From: Chloroflexota bacterium
Lineage (GTDB): Bacteria; Chloroflexota; Limnocylindria; Limnocylindrales; CSP1-4
NCBI GenBank assembly: GCA_021783095.1
Contig: JAJXUG010000002.1
Location: 29,286-93,285 of the forward strand
Length of the DNA: 64,000 nt
Direction: 5' to 3'
The notes beneath the pieces were generated by a model. It was not told the origin of the DNA. It saw only the letters and a program-made list of their open reading frames with translations, and did not search any database. Position numbers and translations under genes: made by a program. Below, one piece after another: positions 9,421 to 17,027 of the stretch. Numbering within the stretch: position 1 is the stretch's first letter; every line of letters begins with the position of its first letter.

Positions 9421-10767
9421 CTACTGCCCCGCGGCCGCCGTCGTGATCGCCTGGCACACCGTCCCCGGCGTGGAGCCGCCGAGGAAGAGGGCGACCGTCG
9501 CGTCGTTGATCGCGCTGCCCATCGCGGGAGAGGTTGCCTGGTCGAGGTACAGCTGCATGAACTTGGCCTGGCTGCGACCGGCGAGGACGGCCTGCAGGTT
9601 GGCGTCAGCGATCGCGCTCTCGGTGCCCACCGTGGTGGACAGGCCGACGTTGTCCTTGTTGAGCTTGGTCTGGTTCTCGACGTTGTTGAAGAACTTGAGG
9701 AAGTCGATGGCCTCCGGCGGGGCGTTCTTGCCCACCGCGATGCCGTTGCCGCCGCCGACGCCGTCGGTCGGCGCGCCGGCGCCGCCTGTGACGGCAGGGA
9801 AGGCGAACCAGCCGAGCTTGTCACCGAGACCGGTCTTGTTGGCGCTCTGGTCCTTCTCGACCGACGGCGCCCACTGGCCCATCAGCTCCATCGCGACCTT
9901 GCCGTTGCCCACGGCCGCGGCCTCGTCGTTGTAGGTTGCCGACTTGTACCCGGGCTGGTACGGGTTCAGGGCGTTGAGCGCCTGGACCGCTGCGCCGGCC
10001 TTGGTGCAGGCGTCGGTATTCCAGTTGCCGGACTGGATCATCTGGCTCAGCGCCTGGCCGCCGCCGTTGCGCAGGACCAGGTACGTCCACAGGTGCATGG
10101 ACGGCCACTTGTCCTTGCCCGCGATCGCGAGCGGCACGATGTTGGCGGCCTTGAGCTTGGTGATGTCGGCGAGGTAGTCGTCCCAGGTCGTCGGCGGCGC
10201 GGTGATGCCGGCCTTGGCGAACAGGTCCTTGTTGTACCAGAAGCCGATCATCCCCATGTCCCACGGGATGCCGTACTGGACGCCCTTGTACTGGTAGATG
10301 CTCAGGGCGCCCGGGTTGATGGTGTCCTTCCACGAGGCAACGGCCGACGTGATGTCCTGCAGCAGCCCGGCGTCGGCCTGTGCCGCCATCGTCCCGCCGC
10401 CCCACGACTGGAACAGGTCAGGCACGCTCGACGCGTCGACCGTGCTCAGCTTGGTCTTGAATGCCTCGTTCTCGAGAACCGTGATCTCGATCTTCACGTT
10501 CGGGTGCGCGGCCGTGTAGGCGTCGGCGATGGCCTGGAAGTCGGACTTGCCGGGCTCGCCGGTGGTGATGTGCCACCACGTGATGGTCACCGGCGCCGCT
10601 GCCGGGGACGCTGCGCTCGGGGCAGTCGTGGCCGCCGCCGCCGCCGTGGCTGCCTGGCTCGGCGCGGCCGCGGACGGCGAGGCCGAGCCTGCTGAACCGC
10701 CGCAGGCGCTGACCGCGATCGCGAGGACGGCGACGGCACTCGCCAGTCGCCCTGTCATCGACACCAT
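9421..10767 (-). CDS. ABC transporter extracellular solute-binding protein (family 1, sugar-binding), lipoprotein
   Basis: Lipoprotein signal with lipobox LAIAVSAC followed by a Ser/Ala/Pro linker and an SBP-1 fold. AGAGGAGGA sits just upstream of the ATG at 10767; alternative starts are at 10758 and 10785. Confidence 0.85.
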   Translation of the reverse strand: MVSMTGRLASAVAVLAIAVSACGGSAGSASPSAAAPSQAATAAAAATTAPSAASPAAAPVTITWWHITTGEPGKSDFQAIADAYTAAHPNVKIEITVLENEAFKTKLSTVDASSVPDLFQSWGGGTMAAQADAGLLQDITSAVASWKDTINPGALSIYQYKGVQYGIPWDMGMIGFWYNKDLFAKAGITAPPTTWDDYLADITKLKAANIVPLAIAGKDKWPSMHLWTYLVLRNGGGQALSQMIQSGNWNTDACTKAGAAVQALNALNPYQPGYKSATYNDEAAAVGNGKVAMELMGQWAPSVEKDQSANKTGLGDKLGWFAFPAVTGGAGAPTDGVGGGNGIAVGKNAPPEAIDFLKFFNNVENQTKLNKDNVGLSTTVGTESAIADANLQAVLAGRSQAKFMQLYLDQATSPAMGSAINDATVALFLGGSTPGTVCQAITTAAAGQ

Positions 10768-11027
10768 GGATCCTCCTCTGGACACGCTTGACCAATTGCG
10801 GCCGACGCACTGCGACCGCCCGAACTCGGACCGCGTGAACCTCCTCGAGCCCGGCGCTCTCCGCCAGTGCGACTGGCCGTCGGCGGCTCGCTCCCGTCAC
10901 GTGCGGGGAGGAGCACCGCAAGGGACGGGAGTGAGCCGCGGACGTGGCTGGCCCCTCGGCCCAACGCCGAGGGATCGGCCGGGATCACGCCCGCAGGAGC
11001 TGATCGTCTGGCAAGGGCCACGTCCTC

Positions 11028-11060
11028 CGAAAGTTGCGGCCGATAATCGGTCGGGTTTCG
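11028..11060. promoter_or_regulatory. 33-bp imperfect palindrome (CGAAAGTTGCGGCCGATAATCGGTCGGGTTTCG) in the divergent SBP/LacI intergenic region; candidate LacI-family operator
   Basis: The outer arms CGAAA/TTTCG and inner arms CCGAT-A-ATCGG are reverse complements. The half-site CGAAAGTT recurs at 11127-11137. Confidence 0.3.
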
Positions 11061-11126
11061 ACACGCAATCTACATACTCCCCAACCCAAGGTCAACGGCA
11101 TTCCTGCAAATACGGCGTTGCATCGT

Positions 11127-11137
11127 CGAAAGTTTCG
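11127..11137. promoter_or_regulatory. dyad CGAAA-G-TTTCG 18 bp upstream of the LacI-family regulator start; candidate autoregulatory operator
   Basis: Perfect 5-bp inverted arms around a single central G. It shares CGAAAGTT with the palindrome at 11028-11060. Confidence 0.3.
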
Positions 11138-11154
11138 GGATACCATGCCCGGCC

Positions 11155-12219
11155 ATGACCGCCGAATCGCCCGCGCAGACCCCGCGGAGCACGATCGCCG
11201 ACATCGCCCGCCTCGCGGGCGTTTCCGTGCCGACTGTGTCCAAGGTGATGAACGGCCGCCCCGACGTCGCCGAGGAGACCCGTCGGCGCGTCGAGGATGC
11301 CATCAGCGCCGTTGGCTACAGCCGGGCACCACGCGGGATCCGCCGGTCAGACCTGCTGGAGGTGGTCTTCCACGAGCTGGAGAGCGAGTGGGCGCTCGAG
11401 ATCGTGATGGGGGTCGAGGAGGCCGCCCGAGACCAGCACATGGCGGTCGTGATCACCGAGATGCACGGGCGGCGGACGCCCGGGCGCGACTGGATCGAGG
11501 GCGTCTTGGCGCGGCGACCGGTCGGGCTGGTCGTCGTGTTCTCGAACCTGAGCCCGCAGATGCAGGCGCGGCTCCACCGCAGCGGGATCCCGTTCGTCGT
11601 GGTGGACCCGACAGGCGAGCCCGTCCATGACACACCATCGGTGGGCGCCACCAACTGGAGTGGGGGAGTGACCGCGACCCGGCACCTCCTCGGGCTGGGT
11701 CACGCGCGCATCGGCGTCATCACGGGCCCGCGCGAGATCTTGTGCAGCCGTGCGCGCCTCGACGGCTATCGCGCCGCCATGGACGCTGCCGGCGTGACGG
11801 TGGACCCGGAGCTCATCCGGCACGGAGACTTCCACGTGGCGTCGGGGGAGCGGCTTGCGCGCGAGATGCTGCAGGCGCCGAACCCTCCGACGGCGATCGT
11901 GGCCGGCAACGACCTCATGGCGCTGGGGGTCTACCAGGCGGCGCGTGACGCGCACCTCCGGATACCCGAGCAGCTGAGCGTGGTGGGCTTTGACGACCTC
12001 CCCGTCGCCAGTTGGGTGAGCCCGCCGCTGACCACAGTGCGGCAGCCGCTGGCGCAGATGGCGAGCACCGCCACGCGCCTCGTGATCGACCTCGCCCGAG
12101 GCGGCCAGCCCGAGCAGACGAGGGTCGAGCTGTCGACCGAGCTGGTCGTGCGGGAGAGCACATCGCGCCCGCCGCACGCCGCGCCCGCCGTGGCGCCGGC
12201 CACGCTGCCCTCGGCATGA
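11155..12219 (+). CDS. LacI-family transcriptional regulator
   Basis: N-terminal HTH (STIADIARLAGVSVPTVSKVMNGRP) and a periplasmic-binding-protein-like sugar-binding core. It is divergent from the beta-glucoside ABC/GH3 operon. Confidence 0.9.
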   Translation: MTAESPAQTPRSTIADIARLAGVSVPTVSKVMNGRPDVAEETRRRVEDAISAVGYSRAPRGIRRSDLLEVVFHELESEWALEIVMGVEEAARDQHMAVVITEMHGRRTPGRDWIEGVLARRPVGLVVVFSNLSPQMQARLHRSGIPFVVVDPTGEPVHDTPSVGATNWSGGVTATRHLLGLGHARIGVITGPREILCSRARLDGYRAAMDAAGVTVDPELIRHGDFHVASGERLAREMLQAPNPPTAIVAGNDLMALGVYQAARDAHLRIPEQLSVVGFDDLPVASWVSPPLTTVRQPLAQMASTATRLVIDLARGGQPEQTRVELSTELVVRESTSRPPHAAPAVAPATLPSA

Positions 12220-12262
12220 TCCGGGACGGCGGCACGTTGCCGCGAAGAGGAGGGCAGGCCGA

Positions 12263-13240
12263 GTGCCGCAGTTCGACCTGAGTCTCGACGCCCTGCGCGC
12301 CTACGACCCGGCGCGGTCCGTGCCGGCCGATTTCGACGCCTTCTGGCAGGAGACCCTCGACGCCAGCCGGCATGCGGCGGGGGAGCCCGCGTTCGCCCGG
12401 GTCGAGACGCCACTGCGGACGATCACGACGGACGACGTCACGTTCGGCGGCTACCTCGGCCAGCCCATTCGGGCCTGGCTCCAGGCTCCTGCGGGTGCGG
12501 CGCACCCCCTGCCGACCATCGTCGAGTACGTCGGCTACGGCGGCGGCCGCGGCCTGCCCAGCGAGTGGCTGCTCTGGGCGTCGGCCGGGTATGCCCACTT
12601 CGTCATGGACACGCGCGGCCAGGGTGGCACCTGGCGGGCCGGCGACACGGGAGACCCCGAGCCCGTCGCGACAGGGCCGGCGCATCCGGGCGTCATGACG
12701 CGCGGGATCCTCGATCCCGCCACGTACTACTACCGGCGGCTCATCGCGGACGCCATCCTCGCGGTCGATGCCGCCCGGGCGCACCCGCTGGTCGACCCGG
12801 GGCGTGTCGTGGTCGCCGGGGGCAGCCAGGGCGGGGCGCTCGCGCTCGCTGCTGCGGCCTTCGCCCGACCTGCCGCGGCGCTCGTCGACGTCCCGTTCCT
12901 GTGCCACCCCCGGCGCGCGCTCGAGGTCACGGACGCCGCACCGTACGGCGAGGTCAAGCAGTTCCTCCGCGTCCACCGCGACGCAACCGAACGCGTGTTC
13001 CGGACCCTCGAGTACGTGGACGGCCGCTCGTTCGCCGCCCGGGCCACGGCGCCGGCGCTGTTCGCCGTGGGCCTTGAGGACGAGATCACGCCGCCCTCGA
13101 CCGTCTTCGCCGCCTACAACGCCTACGGCGGCCCCAAGGACATCCGCGTGTGGCCGTACAACGGCCACGACGCCGGATCCCAGCGCCACGAGCTCGAGAA
13201 GTTCGCGTTCCTCGCCGGGCTGGGCCTCACGCCAGACTGA
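12263..13240 (+). CDS. acetyl xylan esterase / cephalosporin-C deacetylase (CE7, AXE1 family)
   Basis: 325 aa with the nucleophile motif GGSQGG. Conserved CE7 blocks (FGGYLGQPIRAWL, YVGYGGGRG) are present. GTG start with GGAGG upstream. Confidence 0.85.
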   Translation: MPQFDLSLDALRAYDPARSVPADFDAFWQETLDASRHAAGEPAFARVETPLRTITTDDVTFGGYLGQPIRAWLQAPAGAAHPLPTIVEYVGYGGGRGLPSEWLLWASAGYAHFVMDTRGQGGTWRAGDTGDPEPVATGPAHPGVMTRGILDPATYYYRRLIADAILAVDAARAHPLVDPGRVVVAGGSQGGALALAAAAFARPAAALVDVPFLCHPRRALEVTDAAPYGEVKQFLRVHRDATERVFRTLEYVDGRSFAARATAPALFAVGLEDEITPPSTVFAAYNAYGGPKDIRVWPYNGHDAGSQRHELEKFAFLAGLGLTPD

Positions 13241-13349
13241 CGAGCCACCCAACGGGGGTCCGGGTCGGTGCCGACGTCGCTCTGCCATCGAGCTGGCGTG
13301 CAGGGCGGCGAGCTGGTCGGGGAGCGGCCGCACAGGGAGCGGCGTGAGG

Positions 13350-13556
13350 TCAGGCCGTCAGGACGAGGCCGGCTGCCCACCGGATCGCCCGAAGCCTGCG
13401 CCAGAGCCTGCTCTTGGGTCGGGCGCCGGGGGCGCCGGCCGCCGTGGCCGCTTGGCGGGGCCGCTGTGCCGCGACACCCTGGGCACCGAGCCGCACCCGC
13501 ACCGTGGGCTCGTCCTGCTCGGTCAGGTAGTACTCGTCGATCGTGTTCCGGCCCAT
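13350..13556 (-). CDS. small hypothetical protein (68 aa, MGRNTIDEYYLTEQDEPTVRVRL... with hydrophobic C-terminus)
   Basis: Internal ATG of ORF 13350..13598 preceded by GGGAAGGGA 8-9 nt upstream. GC3 is very high and the composition is not low-complexity. Confidence 0.4.
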   Translation of the reverse strand: MGRNTIDEYYLTEQDEPTVRVRLGAQGVAAQRPRQAATAAGAPGARPKSRLWRRLRAIRWAAGLVLTA

Positions 13557-13677
13557 CGTCGTGTCCCTTCCCGGCAGATGACGCCCGATGGGGCGCAATC
13601 GCTACCGGTGCCGGCCAGCTTCCGTTGACAGCGACACGAAACTGGTATTACGTTGCGCAGTAAGAATTGAGGTTGGC

Positions 13678-13923
13678 ATGCGTATCACGTCGAAGGGTCA
13701 GGTGACGATTCCGCAAGAGGTGCGTGAGGCCGCCGGGTTCATGCCCAACACGGAGGTGGACTTCGTCGTCGACGGCGATCTGGTGTTCCTGGTCAAGGCC
13801 ACAGCCGCGAAGGCGCGTCCCACGAGGGGCGATCGAGTAGTCGCGGCGCTCCGGTCCAGCCGGGCCGACTTCGGCGGGATGTCCACGGACGAGCTCATGG
13901 CGCTGCTGCGCGGCGAGCCGTGA
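13678..13923 (+). CDS. type II antitoxin, AbrB/MazE/SpoVT-fold (VapB-like)
   Basis: MRITSKGQVTIPQEVREAAGF is the canonical SpoVT/AbrB swapped-hairpin N-terminus. GAGG sits upstream of the ATG at 13678. The stop overlaps the downstream PIN gene start (GTGA). Confidence 0.85.
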   Translation: MRITSKGQVTIPQEVREAAGFMPNTEVDFVVDGDLVFLVKATAAKARPTRGDRVVAALRSSRADFGGMSTDELMALLRGEP

Positions 13924-14330
13924 GCGGCATCCTGGTGGACACCAACGTCCTGGTGGACGTGATCACGCGCGACCCGCAGTGGGAGTCGTGGTCGAGGGAC
14001 GCCCTGGACCACGCCGTCGAGCGATCCGTGCTGGTCGTCAACCCGATCGTCTACGGGGAGCTGAGCATTGGCTACCGGGCGATCGAGGAGCTCGACGCCG
14101 TCCTGCCCGGCGACCTCTACCGGCGCGAGCCACTCCCGTTTCCGGCGGCATTCCTGGCGGGCAAGGCGTTCGAGGCCTACCGGCTGCGCGGCGGCACCCG
14201 CGCCGCGCCCCTGGCGGACTTCTACATCGGCGCGCATGCAGCCATCGCCGGCTATCGGCTTCTCACCCGCGACGCCGCGCGCTACCGGTCGTACTTCCCG
14301 CGCCTCGAGCTCATCGCCCCGGAAGCCTGA
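13920..14330 (+). CDS. PIN-domain ribonuclease toxin VapC
   Basis: Starts (V/M)SGILVDTNVLVD with the conserved acidic PIN residues. GTG start overlaps the antitoxin stop. Confidence 0.85.
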   Translation: MSGILVDTNVLVDVITRDPQWESWSRDALDHAVERSVLVVNPIVYGELSIGYRAIEELDAVLPGDLYRREPLPFPAAFLAGKAFEAYRLRGGTRAAPLADFYIGAHAAIAGYRLLTRDAARYRSYFPRLELIAPEA

Positions 14331-14518
14331 GCCCGGCGCTCGCGCCTGCCGAGGTTCCGCCGCGGTCGCCCTCGATGAACGAGTAGACGATGAGGTCGAC
14401 GCGTCCATCGTGGACGAAGTGCCCACCTCCGCCCGGGCCCGCCGGGGCAAGGCTGCAGGGTACTTCCGATAAGGTGAGTTATGTATCCTGCACGCACAGG
14501 GGAGCAGGTGTCGAAGGG

Positions 14519-15014
14519 TCATCGGACAGTCACGGCATGGGGCCACATGACGGTCCGGGTTCGCCCGGGACGTCGAGCGGTTCGAGCGGCTGTCCGCGAG
14601 ACCTCCCACCCCTCGAGCTCGGTCGCGTCGGGCAGGCCCTCCTCCCGGCGGAGGAGGGTCCACAGGGGCCCGAAGAACAACACGAGGGCGCCGCGTCGAC
14701 TCGTCCGCGGCGTCCGGGTCCTCCTCGACGATGGGCAGCATCGCCTCGAGTGCCGCCTCCGCGCTCCCGATCGTGGCCCGGCCCGCGTAGCCGGGCTCGA
14801 ACGCGCCCATGAGCCCGGAGACGGCGTGCTCGAGCCGGTCGCACTCCCGCTGCCACGCGGCGCGCATCTCGTGCTCCGACGGCCATGCCGCGAGTTCGAG
14901 GCCATACTCGTGGAAGTGCGCCCGGGTGCGGACCTCCTTGACGCAGTCCGGCAGCAGCTCGGCGGCCTCCCGGATCCGCGCGGGGACCGGGCGGGCAGCG
15001 CCAACGTCATCCAT
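14519..15014 (-). pseudogene. frameshifted gene remnant (N-terminal ~115 codons in one frame, continuation in a second frame)
   Basis: From ATG 15014 about 115 codons have near-100% GC3 and normal composition (MDDVGAARPVPARIREAAELLPDCVKEV...IVEEDPDAADESTRR). GC3 then collapses into PPPPGGGP-type sequence with no stop for another 1 kb, all antisense to VapBC. High GC3 resumes in the -1 frame (...ALVLFFGPLWTLLRREEGLPDATELEGWEVSR...) and reaches a stop at 14519. Confidence 0.4.
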
Positions 15015-15077
15015 GGCGCGAGGATGCCATGCCGAGGCGGGCTCGCAGCGACCCGCGCTGCACCGGGGTGCTCTAGG

Positions 15078-15100
15078 AGCCTGTGAATGAACTCGGCCGC
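15078..15100. repeat. 23-bp direct repeat, copy A (AGCCTGTGAATGAACTCGGCCGC)
   Basis: Matches 15837-15859 at 21 of 23 positions. The two copies bracket the small secreted-protein gene. Confidence 0.5.
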
Positions 15101-15229
15101 GATGACGCTCCTCGTGCCGGCCGACGTCTGTGAAACGTGACGGTGCAACGTCTCGGCGACGCAGGCGTCAATCGACCGCAACGGAGGGCCAGACGGTTCT
15201 CCAGGGCGAGGCGTCCCGGGGAGGTTCTG

Positions 15230-15691
15230 ATGCGGCGATCCATCGGCACGCTGGCGATCGCGGGCGCCCTGTTCTTGGCGATTCCGATCGCGAGCGTCCA
15301 AGCGAGCCCCGGCCTCGGCGTCGCGTTCGACGTCCAGACGACGCTCGGCAACCCATCGTCCGGACCCTTCACGGCGACCGGCGTCGCCGTCAATCGTGGC
15401 GTGGTCTGTGCGGATGGCTGGACCATCGACGTCGGCGTGACGGTGACCGGGGCCAACAACCGGTCCGGCGGTGCGACCTACCACGTGCTCAAGGACTTCG
15501 TCTGCAATGACGGCAGCGGATCGTTCCTGCTCAAGTTCGAGGTTCGCGCCGACGACTCGCGCAGCCGTCCCTACTCCTGGATGGTCGCGGGCGGGACCGG
15601 CGCGTACTCCCACCTCGCGGGGTCGGGCTCCGGATACAGCGTGGCCGCCGACTACGGCATCAATGACCGCATCTTCGGCAACGTGCACTGA
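15230..15691 (+). CDS. small secreted hypothetical protein (signal peptide MRRSIGTLAIAGALFLAIPIASVQA)
   Basis: ATG 15230 preceded by GAGG. Classic Sec signal peptide; the mature protein is Gly/Ser/Thr-rich with two Cys. The ORF-track start at 15137 adds an R-rich leader that I regard as unlikely. Confidence 0.6.
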   Translation: MRRSIGTLAIAGALFLAIPIASVQASPGLGVAFDVQTTLGNPSSGPFTATGVAVNRGVVCADGWTIDVGVTVTGANNRSGGATYHVLKDFVCNDGSGSFLLKFEVRADDSRSRPYSWMVAGGTGAYSHLAGSGSGYSVAADYGINDRIFGNVH

Positions 15692-15836
15692 CGCCATCGA
15701 CTGCGCATTGGCGCGGGGTGGGCGACGCCTGATCGTGACGGCGTCGCCCGCCCCCACGTGCTGAGCGGGGCCATCGGCGGTGGCTCCACCTCCTCGATCG
15801 TCGCCGCCGCGTCCGCTCGCGGCACTGCGGCGTCAG

Positions 15837-15859
15837 AGCCTGTGGATGAACTCGGCTGC
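15837..15859. repeat. 23-bp direct repeat, copy B (AGCCTGTGGATGAACTCGGCTGC)
   Basis: Second copy of the repeat at 15078-15100, located 150 bp downstream of the secreted-protein gene. Confidence 0.5.
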
Positions 15860-16217
15860 AGGAGTCGGCGAGCGCGAGAGGGATGGACCTTGACCCGCCG
15901 CCCCGACGAGGAGACGCTCCATCCATGCTTCGCCGTGGCTCCGGCGCTTCGTGAGGCAGTAGGCGGAGCGCGCCCACGGCTCGCGGGTCATGTGAAGGCC
16001 ACCGCGACTGATGCGTCGTGACCCCCTGGATCGCTGACCGTCAGATGGCCCCTCGACAGCAGGCTGTCGGGCGTGAAGTCGCGCAGAAATGACCGGGAAT
16101 GCCCCCGACGCCCCAGCGAGCAACTCGCATGGACTGTCGGGAACAACCTGAACCTTCGGAAAACCGGACGTGACGTGGACCCGGTTTCGTCGGGCGTCGT
16201 CCCAAACGGTCGCCGGG

Positions 16218-16514
16218 TCACTCCGCCGCGACTCGGGGCGCGAGTCGCAGCTCGATGGTCCCTCGCGAGACGGCCGCCGCGTATCGATCGAGGGTTGAGA
16301 AGCGAATGTCCGACTTCGCGGACTCGATCTCGGCGACGACCGACTGTCGCACCTGCATCAGGTCGGCGACGCTGGTCTGCGTCAGGCCGTTCGCCCGGCG
16401 GATCGCGACGAGCTCGGCGACGATCCGCTGCCGCCGGACCTCGGCGTCGAGCAGCGAGGGGTAGTCCGGGTTCGCGGCCGTCCGCCGCGCGATTGACCGG
16501 TCGAGGTCGTCCAT
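16218..16514 (-). CDS. XRE-family HTH antitoxin (HigA-like)
   Basis: HTH region LVAIRRANGLTQTSVADLMQVRQSVVAEIESAKSDIRFSTLDRYAAAV lies immediately downstream of the HigB-like toxin. ATG 16514 is preferred; the GTG at 16586 would overlap the toxin by 32 nt. Confidence 0.75.
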   Translation of the reverse strand: MDDLDRSIARRTAANPDYPSLLDAEVRRQRIVAELVAIRRANGLTQTSVADLMQVRQSVVAEIESAKSDIRFSTLDRYAAAVSRGTIELRLAPRVAAE

Positions 16515-16554
16515 ATCGTGGAGGGTATCGGGGATCACCGCTATCGTCAATAAC

Positions 16555-16950
16555 CTATACCTCCCGGCGCCGACGCCAGTCGTCACGACGCCGCAGCGCT
16601 AGTTCGACGACGCGCTTCGGCGTGCGCTGCGTCCTCTTCTCGAGGAGGACCAGCGCGAGCAGGACCCTGCCCCTCGCGCCCTCGGACGAGAACTGCAGTC
16701 GGTAGGAGCGGTCCACGCCGTTCGCCTCGAGTTCGTGGACGTCCTCTCGAAGATGCCGTGAGGCCTCGAGTCCGTCGTCCCGCACGATCTTCATCCGGGC
16801 ATGGATGCTCAGCGCATCCTCCTCCGGCAGCGCATCGATCTCCTCGGCAACGACCTTGTCCCCGCGGCGGGTCTCCCAGAACCTCCATCGGTGCGACACG
16901 TCGCGCTGCCCCAACGCCCCGCTGCCGCGACGCCTGCCCCGATCTGCCAT
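16555..16950 (-). CDS. HigB-like toxin of the phage Gp49 / RelE-ParE superfamily
   Basis: RWRFWETRRGDKVVAEEIDALPEEDALSIHARMKIV...RSYRLQFSSEGARGRVLLALVLLEKRTQRTPKRVVELALRRRDDW fits the Gp49-like HigB pattern (...YR.LYFF....VLLH.F.KKTQKTP..EIE.A..R). Toxin-first order is HigBA-like. Start is ATG 16950, or alternatively GTG ~16893. Confidence 0.7.
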   Translation of the reverse strand: MADRGRRRGSGALGQRDVSHRWRFWETRRGDKVVAEEIDALPEEDALSIHARMKIVRDDGLEASRHLREDVHELEANGVDRSYRLQFSSEGARGRVLLALVLLEKRTQRTPKRVVELALRRRDDWRRRREV

Positions 16951-17027
16951 TGAGCCGCCGCTTGGCACGGGCATCGGCCGGATGCCGTGCTGAGGCTCGA
17001 ACATAGGCGCGGCGCCTTTGCCCCTGC

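Noticed and set aside
13698-15014. Calling the full 438-aa minus-strand ORF as one gene
   Set aside because: Codon bias and composition are protein-like only for the first ~115 codons. The remainder runs antisense through the well-supported VapBC pair with PPPPGGG-type sequence. It is better explained as a frameshifted remnant (see the pseudogene call).
14481-15086. 201-aa plus-strand ORF in the VapC/secreted-protein intergenic region
   Set aside because: Arg-rich, low GC3 periodicity, and it lies antisense to the better-supported gene remnant on the minus strand.
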